This document shows positions 57,748 to 64,000 of a stretch of DNA of 64,000 nucleotides, in pieces. Position numbers and translations under genes: made by a program. The stretch covers positions 121,522,001 to 121,586,000 of the forward strand of contig CM059431.1 in NCBI GenBank assembly GCA_030390025.1, in the 5' to 3' direction. The notes under the pieces are model-generated. The model was not told the origin of the DNA. It made no database searches and saw nothing but the letters and a program-made list of their open reading frames with translations. Origin of the DNA: Squalus acanthias (lineage: Eukaryota). Position 1 is the stretch's first letter, and each line of letters opens with the position of its first letter.

Positions 57748-59574
57748 CAGGGAGCTGGCAACATGTAAATTCAATTAATGTAACATAATGGGTGATGATG
57801 AGAAAGTGTAACAGAAGTGTATGACTTACTTATTACCAAAGCAGAAAAGCATATGATGAAGAGCTTTGCAAATTGATTAATAGATAATAAGGTTATTGAT
57901 AATATTAGTTCTGACTATGGCTACTGGAGTCTGGTAAGGATGTTTCTGTGACATTTATTAGTGGCATAAAGCAAAAAAATTGTAGATACTGGAACCAGTC
58001 AGCAGGCCAGCCAGCATCCGTGGAGAGAAGAGATTAGTTAATGCTTCAGGGGTAGACCTTTGAGCTCAGCATTGAGTGTCTGCTGTGGCTCTTCCAGATA
58101 CCCTACAAGGAGAAAGGGAAAATTAGAGAACTGGAAGTGGGTTGCTAATCTACGCTTGGGTGGTTTGAGTAAATTAGGAATAAAATAACTTTAAAAAGGG
58201 AGTGGCTTAAAAGATATCAAGTTATGCAGATAGGAAAATGTCCCAAGGATAAGACTATCGAGTTATTCATTGAATAGTTGAATGGCACTTACAATTGAAA
58301 AATCTAAGGTGATGAATATTAGTGCTAAATTACATAACTAAAATACTTTTAGATATTTGGCCAAATTGCAGTGTCGGAGATTAAAATTTCAAAATGGATC
58401 TTCGAAATGTCCTGTCTGCTGGTTCAGATGTAACGGTTCACGATTTATTTACCATCTTAGATTTCACTTACAAGCACTTATTATTCTGCACAATATATCA
58501 TATTTATCATATGTGAGGAATCTATTATATTCATATAAAATCATTTTCCATATATAAAAATACACAAAACAGGGTATAAATGTTTTTATAGTATTATATA
58601 AACTGTTTCAGAACTTGGGCAATAAATTACTAGACCCGTGATCTGACTTAATCCCATAAAGCTCATTAGTACCTTCTCTTTTGCAGGTTTGCTTCATAAT
58701 ACTATTGAATATATTCATTTAGATTATAAAGCTATGAAAAGTAAATTTGCGTTCTATAAAATTCCATGGAAATGCTTAAGAAAACTGAAAGGTTTATTAA
58801 ACATTTTTGCATTTGAACATTATGTAGAAATATAACAACATTCCCCAAACATAACTTAATGCCAGGGTAGCATTAGCTAATGCCCAGTTTTATTTGTGTT
58901 AGTTACTTCAGTCAAAGCATTTTACTTATTGATCTTGGCTTTATGGAGAATGTGGAATGGAGTGCCTTACTGAGAGATATGCCTGTCTGACTTCATTGTC
59001 TAACCAAGTGAAAATAAAAGAGGTTGAATGTATTTAAATTGCATTAGAGGGTAGTGAACTAAGGGGCCTCGATTTTAATGTGCGGGAGAGGGTCGGGCAA
59101 GGGGTTAAATTATTGAAACTGAGCAACCCATCCCCAACTCGCCGCGTTCGTAGCCGGCACAATTTTAACGGAGAGGCAGGAGGCTCATCAACATATTTAA
59201 ATCGGGGTGCTATAATGCAGTTAGGACCCGGAATTGAATTTAACTGCTCCAGCATGGGTTTCCCACGGTTGGCAAAGGATGCTCTAATAACTTGTAGTTT
59301 CAGTAAGACTGATGTCAACTGAACTACTCTCGAGCAACCATACTCCCTCGCACAAACAATCTTGTAACCCTAAATTCACTGATTCCACAGCCCTCAAATT
59401 GTGACCGTCAAGACATATCTCCATCCTTCACACCTATTGTAATGTATTATCACATGATTTGTCACATAGTTTGTCACATGGTTTAGTAAGAGTTCTGGAA
59501 GTTTGCTCTGGCCGAATAAACAAGATTGAGAGGTCGCACAACACCAGGTTATAGTCCAACAGTTTTATTTGAAA

Positions 59575-59612
59575 TCACAAGCTTTCGGAGCTATCACTCC
59601 TTCCTCAGGTGA
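59575..59612 (-). ncRNA. Minimal type I hammerhead ribozyme motif (copy 1)
   Basis: Minus strand TCAC CTGAGGA A GGAG tgatag CTCC GAAA GCTT GTGA: CUGANGA and GAAA cores, helix I TCAC/GTGA, helix II GGAG/CTCC, palindromic AAGCTT. Confidence 0.8.
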
Positions 59613-59946
59613 AGTAAATTGGATACAGAATCGCCAGAGCATATATAGATGGAAAAAAAAAGCATGTGTACTTTACAATTGCAGACCAATAAATTAAATC
59701 ATCCTGACTATCTGCCGAGGTGTGATAAAGTTAATTAAGTCAGCCAGGAAGGTACCACATCAAAAGACATAGCAAGATACAACTGAGACAATGAGGTGTA
59801 GTCGCAGGGGTTCCAACGTGTCAAAAGCTGCCGTCTGTATGTAAAACGAAAAGCTTTAAAAAAAAATTACTTTTTTACTGGGAAAATGTTTACTTTTTTA
59901 CTGGGAATCACATCTGTGAACAAGCTAACGACGACTCGAGTCCGGA

Positions 59947-62625
59947 TCACGTCATGTATCGTGACATAAACCCAAGATCCCGATTGAGACCGTCTTCATG
60001 AGTTCGGAACTTGGCTATCAGTTTCTGCTCGATGATTTTGCGTTGTCGTGTGTTTCTAAGGTTGCCTTGGAGAACGCTTACCCGCAGATCCGAGGCTGAA
60101 TGTCCTTGACTGCTGAAGTGTTCCCCGACTGGGAGGTAACAATCCTGCCTGGCGATTGTTGCGCGGTGCTCGTTCATACGTTGTCTCAGTGTCTGCATGG
60201 TCTCGCCGATGTACCATGCCGCGGTGCATTCTTTCCTGCAACGTATGAGGTAGACAACGTTGGCCGAGTCACATGAGTATGTACCATGTACCTGGTGGGT
60301 AGTGTCCTCACGTGTGATGGTGGTATCTGTGTTGATGATCTGGCATGTCTTGCAGAGTTTGCCATGGCAGGGTTGTGTGGTGTCGTGGTCGCTGTTATCC
60401 TGAAAGCTGGGTAATTTGCTGCGAACGATGGTACTTCTGAGGTTAGGCGGCTGTTTGAAGGCAAGTAGTGGAGGCGTGGGGATGGCCTTAGCGAGGTGTT
60501 TGTCGTCATCGATGACATGTTGAAGGCTGCGAAGAACATGTCGTAGTTTCTCCGCTCCGGGGAAGTACTGGACGACGTAGGGTACCCTGTTGGTTGTGTC
60601 CCGTGTTTGCCTTCTGAGGAGGTCTATGCGATTTTTCGCTGTGGCCCGTCGGAACTGTCGATCGATGAGTCGAGCGTCATATCCCGTTCTTACGAGGGCG
60701 TTTTTCAGCGTCCGTAGGTGTCCATCGCGTTCCTCCTCGTCTGAGCAGATCCTGTGTATTCGCAGGGCTTGTCCATAGGGGATGGCTTCTTTAACATGGT
60801 TAGGGTGGAAGCTGGAGAAGTGGAGCATCGTGAGGTTGTCCGTGGGCTTGCGGTAGAGTGAAGTGCTGAGGTGTCCGTCTTTGATGGAGATTCGTGTGTC
60901 CAGGAATGAGACCGATTCTGAGGAGTAGTCCATGGTGAGTTTGATGGTGGGATGGAACTTGTTTATGTTATCGTGTAGTCTTTTCAGTGATCCTTCGCCA
61001 TGGGTCCAAAGGAAGAAAATGTCGTCGATGTATCTGGTGTACAGCGTTGGCTGGAGGTCCTGTGCAGCAAAGAAGTCTTGCTCGAACTTGTGCATGAAGA
61101 TGTTGGCGTATTGGGGTGCGAATTTGGTCCCCATGGCTGTTCCGTGTGTTTGGGTAAAAAAATGGTTGTCGAAGGTGAAGACATTGTGGTCAAGGATGAA
61201 GCGGATGAGTTGTAGGATGGCGTCTGGAGATTGGCTGTTGTTGATGTTGAGTACTGAGGCTGTTGCAGCGATGCCGTCATCGTGGGGGATACTGGTGTAG
61301 AGTGCCGATACGTCCATCGTGGCAAGGAGTGTTCCTGGTTCAACTGGTCCGTGGGTGCTGAGTTTCTGTAAGAAGTCTGTAGTGTCGCGACAGAAGCTGG
61401 GGGTTCCCTGTACGATGGGTTTCAGAATGCCCTCGACGTATCCAGAGAGGTTCTCACACAGGGTTCCATTGCCTGATACGATAGGACGTCCGGGTGTGTT
61501 GGCTTTGTGTATCTTTGGGAGGCAGTAGAAGTCTCCCACGCGGGGAGTACGTGGGATGAGAGCGCGTAGGATGTTTTGAAGGTCTGGATCGAAGGTCTTG
61601 ATCAGTCTATTGAGTTGGCGGGTGTGTTCTTTGGTCGGATCTGCGGGTAGCTGTCTGTAGTGTTCCTGGTTGTCCAGTTGTCGGTATGCTTCTTTACAAT
61701 AGTCCGTTCTGTTCTGTATGACGATGGCTCCTCCTTTGTCCGCTGGTTTGATGACAATGTTGCGGTTGGTCTTGAGAGCGTGGATGACGTTGCGTTGTGC
61801 TCGGGTGACATTCTGGACTGTCTTGTGAGTGCGGCTGATGAATCTGGCGTTGATGCATTTCCTGACAGCTTGAGCATACATGTCAAGCTTGGGGCAGCGA
61901 CCCTCCGGAGGGGTCCAGTTTGACTCTTTTTTCTTCGGTTGCTGCACTGCGAGTCCCTCTGTCTGCTGTTCTGGATCATTGATTGTCTCATTGGGTTTGT
62001 TGCTGACATCTTGGGATTTGTGGAAGTATTCCCGGAGCCTCATTCTCCTGATGAATTCCTCCGTGTCTGCCGCGAGACCGATGGGGTCCATTTTGGTGGT
62101 TGGGCAGAACTTGAGCCCTAGGGCGAGAACTTCGATTTCGTCTGGTTGAAGGGTGTGGTCCGACAGGTTGACGATGGACTTCCCTGTGGTTGCAACCATG
62201 GTACCGGGGGAGGCTTGGTTGCTGCTGGTGGTGATGCCGAGTTTCTCAAGCTTCCTGTTCTTGATGCGCATGTAGGCAGCGTAGTTCCGTTGCCTCGTCT
62301 GTTTGGTGGTGTCTCGTAACTGGTCTGCTGTGTCCTGAGCACAGGCTGAGAGCATGGACTCTATCTTGGTTTCGAGGTTGTGGCGTTTGCTGTAGAGCTG
62401 GTGTACGAGATGGTTGAGGAGTGTGCGAGAGGTACGACGGCAGAGTCTCTCAGCGTAGTCTGTGTTGTATGTCGACTTGAGTGGGTTCGTGATCTGTAGT
62501 CCTTTCGGGATCTTGTCTGCTTTCTTGCATCTCTGTAGATACTTGATGTCGGTGTCGATATGCGCGATCTTCTTGGCGATTCTCTCCACTTTGAGCCGGC
62601 AGTTTGTGGTGTCGATAGTGGTCAT
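59947..62625 (-). CDS. Penelope RT + GIY-YIG endonuclease (892 aa from first ATG), intact
   Basis: IKPADKGGA, LPKIHK..PGRPIVS, MDVSALYTSIP, GTAMG, RYIDD, YRKPT, CxxxxCxxC linker, VVYLIRC..YIGET, GLN. Confidence 0.93.
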   Translation of the reverse strand: MTTIDTTNCRLKVERIAKKIAHIDTDIKYLQRCKKADKIPKGLQITNPLKSTYNTDYAERLCRRTSRTLLNHLVHQLYSKRHNLETKIESMLSACAQDTADQLRDTTKQTRQRNYAAYMRIKNRKLEKLGITTSSNQASPGTMVATTGKSIVNLSDHTLQPDEIEVLALGLKFCPTTKMDPIGLAADTEEFIRRMRLREYFHKSQDVSNKPNETINDPEQQTEGLAVQQPKKKESNWTPPEGRCPKLDMYAQAVRKCINARFISRTHKTVQNVTRAQRNVIHALKTNRNIVIKPADKGGAIVIQNRTDYCKEAYRQLDNQEHYRQLPADPTKEHTRQLNRLIKTFDPDLQNILRALIPRTPRVGDFYCLPKIHKANTPGRPIVSGNGTLCENLSGYVEGILKPIVQGTPSFCRDTTDFLQKLSTHGPVEPGTLLATMDVSALYTSIPHDDGIAATASVLNINNSQSPDAILQLIRFILDHNVFTFDNHFFTQTHGTAMGTKFAPQYANIFMHKFEQDFFAAQDLQPTLYTRYIDDIFFLWTHGEGSLKRLHDNINKFHPTIKLTMDYSSESVSFLDTRISIKDGHLSTSLYRKPTDNLTMLHFSSFHPNHVKEAIPYGQALRIHRICSDEEERDGHLRTLKNALVRTGYDARLIDRQFRRATAKNRIDLLRRQTRDTTNRVPYVVQYFPGAEKLRHVLRSLQHVIDDDKHLAKAIPTPPLLAFKQPPNLRSTIVRSKLPSFQDNSDHDTTQPCHGKLCKTCQIINTDTTITREDTTHQVHGTYSCDSANVVYLIRCRKECTAAWYIGETMQTLRQRMNEHRATIARQDCYLPVGEHFSSQGHSASDLRVSVLQGNLRNTRQRKIIEQKLIAKFRTHEDGLNRDLGFMSRYMT

Positions 62626-62712
62626 GATGCGGAGATGCCGGTGTTGGACTGGGGTGGACAAAATTGAGAGGTCGCACAACACCAGGTTATAGTCCAACAG
62701 TTTTATTTGAAA

Positions 62713-62750
62713 TCACAAGCTTTCGGAGCTATCACTCCTTCCTCAGGTGA
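62713..62750 (-). ncRNA. Minimal type I hammerhead ribozyme motif (copy 2, in the pseudo-LTR upstream of the ORF)
   Basis: Identical to 59575-59612. Confidence 0.8.
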
Positions 62751-64000
62751 AGTAAATTGGATACAGAATCGCCAGAGCATATATAGATGGAAAAAAAAAG
62801 CATGTGTACTTTACAATTGCAGACCAATAAATTAAATCATCCTGACTATCTGCCGAGGTGTGATAAAGTTAATTAAGTCAGCCAGGAAGGTACCACATCA
62901 AAAGACATAGCAAGATACAACTGAGACAATGAGGTGTAGTCGCAGGGGTTCCAACGTGTCAAAAGCTGCCGTCTGTATGTAAAACGAAAAGCTTTAAAAA
63001 AAAAATTACTTTTTTACTGGGAAAATGTTTACTTTTTTACTGGGAATCACATCTGTGAACAAGCTAACGACGACTCGAGTCCGGATCACGTCATGTATCG
63101 TGACATAAACCCAAGATCCCGATTGAGACCGTCTTCATGAGTTCGGAACTTGGCTATCAGTTTCTGCTCGATGATTTTGCGTTGTCGTGTGTTTCTAAGG
63201 TTGCCTTGGAGAACGCTTACCCGCAGATCCGAGGCTGAATGTCCTTGACTGCTGAAGTGTTCCCCGACTGGGAGGTAACAATCCTGCCTGGCGATTGTTG
63301 CGCGGTGCTCGTTCATACGTTGTCTCAGTGTCTGCATGGTCTCGCCGATGTACCATGCCGCGGTGCATTCTTTCCTGCAACGTATGAGGTAGACAACGTT
63401 GGCCGAGTCACATGAGTATGTACCATGTACCTGGTGGGTAGTGTCCTCACGTGTGATGGTGGTATCTGTGTTGATGATCTGGCATGTCTTGCAGAGTTTG
63501 CCATGGCAGGGTTGTGTGGTGTCGTGGTCGCTGTTATCCTGAAAGCTGGGTAATTTGCTGCGAACGATGGTACTTCTGAGGTTAGGCGGCTGTTTGAAGG
63601 CAAGTAGTGGAGGCGTGGGGATGGCCTTAGCGAGGTGTTTGTCGTCATCGATGACATGTTGAAGGCTGCGAAGAACATGTCGTAGTTTCTCCGCTCCGGG
63701 GAAGTACTGGACGACGTAGGATAAACAAGCACATGGACTAGCAACTCATCCTGTCTCTGTCCTTCATTTGTTCTACCCACATGTAATACACTTTTGGTGA
63801 CGAGAATGGTATCCCAAAGCCATTTTTAGGGATCGTGGAAGGACACCGTGTTTAACCTTCATGTGGAAAAATTTAAGGTACACAGGAACAGTCACTGTTC
63901 AACGGGATTGGGCCAATCATGGCCGCACCTGCGGGATTCATCGGAAGCCTCGGCATGTATGACTGAGCTCGCGAACCATTCAGTTCTTACATTGAGCGGA

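Larger units (their letters stand above)
59525..63720 (-). mobile_element. Penelope-like element (Neptune type), partial tandem with pseudo-LTR
   Basis: 59525-60581 repeated almost identically at 62663-63720; 9-bp TSD ATAAACAAG (59516-59524 / 63721-63729). Confidence 0.93.
59438..64000 (+). mobile_element. Gypsy-type LTR retrotransposon 5' end: ~148-bp LTR (59438-59524 + 63730-63790) split by Penelope, tRNA-Ser-like PBS, disrupted gag start
   Basis: TGTAAT...AATACA termini; TGGTGACGAGAATGGTAT at 63795-63812 (15/18 to a Ser PBS); MAAPAGFIGSLGMYD*AREPFSSYIER from 63919. Confidence 0.72.

Noticed and set aside
58687..58740. Possible 54-nt host exon (ttttgcag|...|gtaaat; LLHNTIEYIHLDYKAMK)
   Set aside because: Weak donor, no recognisable protein, no partner exons identified

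Overview
Eukaryotic, repeat-saturated vertebrate DNA, most likely a cartilaginous fish (inferred from the CR1, L2, Deu-type SINE, Harbinger and Neptune repertoire). No host protein-coding gene is recognisable. The centrepiece is a young, apparently fully intact 12.8-kb endogenous provirus (38399-51182, 4-bp TSD CATG, ~99%-identical 1.67-kb LTRs, perfect tRNA-Arg PBS). It has lokiretrovirus-like architecture: a coiled-coil Gag with overlapping PSAP/PPSY late domains and a CCHC knuckle; an in-frame pol reached through a single UGA in a UGA-CUAG readthrough context (PR-RT-degenerate RNaseH-second RNaseH-IN plus a long acidic tail); and an env that resembles a class I viral F fusion protein rather than a retroviral SU/TM, with an Ig-like domain at its N-terminus. 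The window also holds an internally deleted sister provirus and a solo LTR of that sister subfamily. A further LTR family (tRNA-Leu PBS) hides a decayed homologue of the same F-like env that the ORF track misses. Also present are another solo LTR, an intact Neptune-type Penelope element with hammerhead ribozyme motifs inserted into a Gypsy LTR, and many nested Harbinger, MITE, CR1, L2 and SINE remnants. All identities and alignments were judged by eye.
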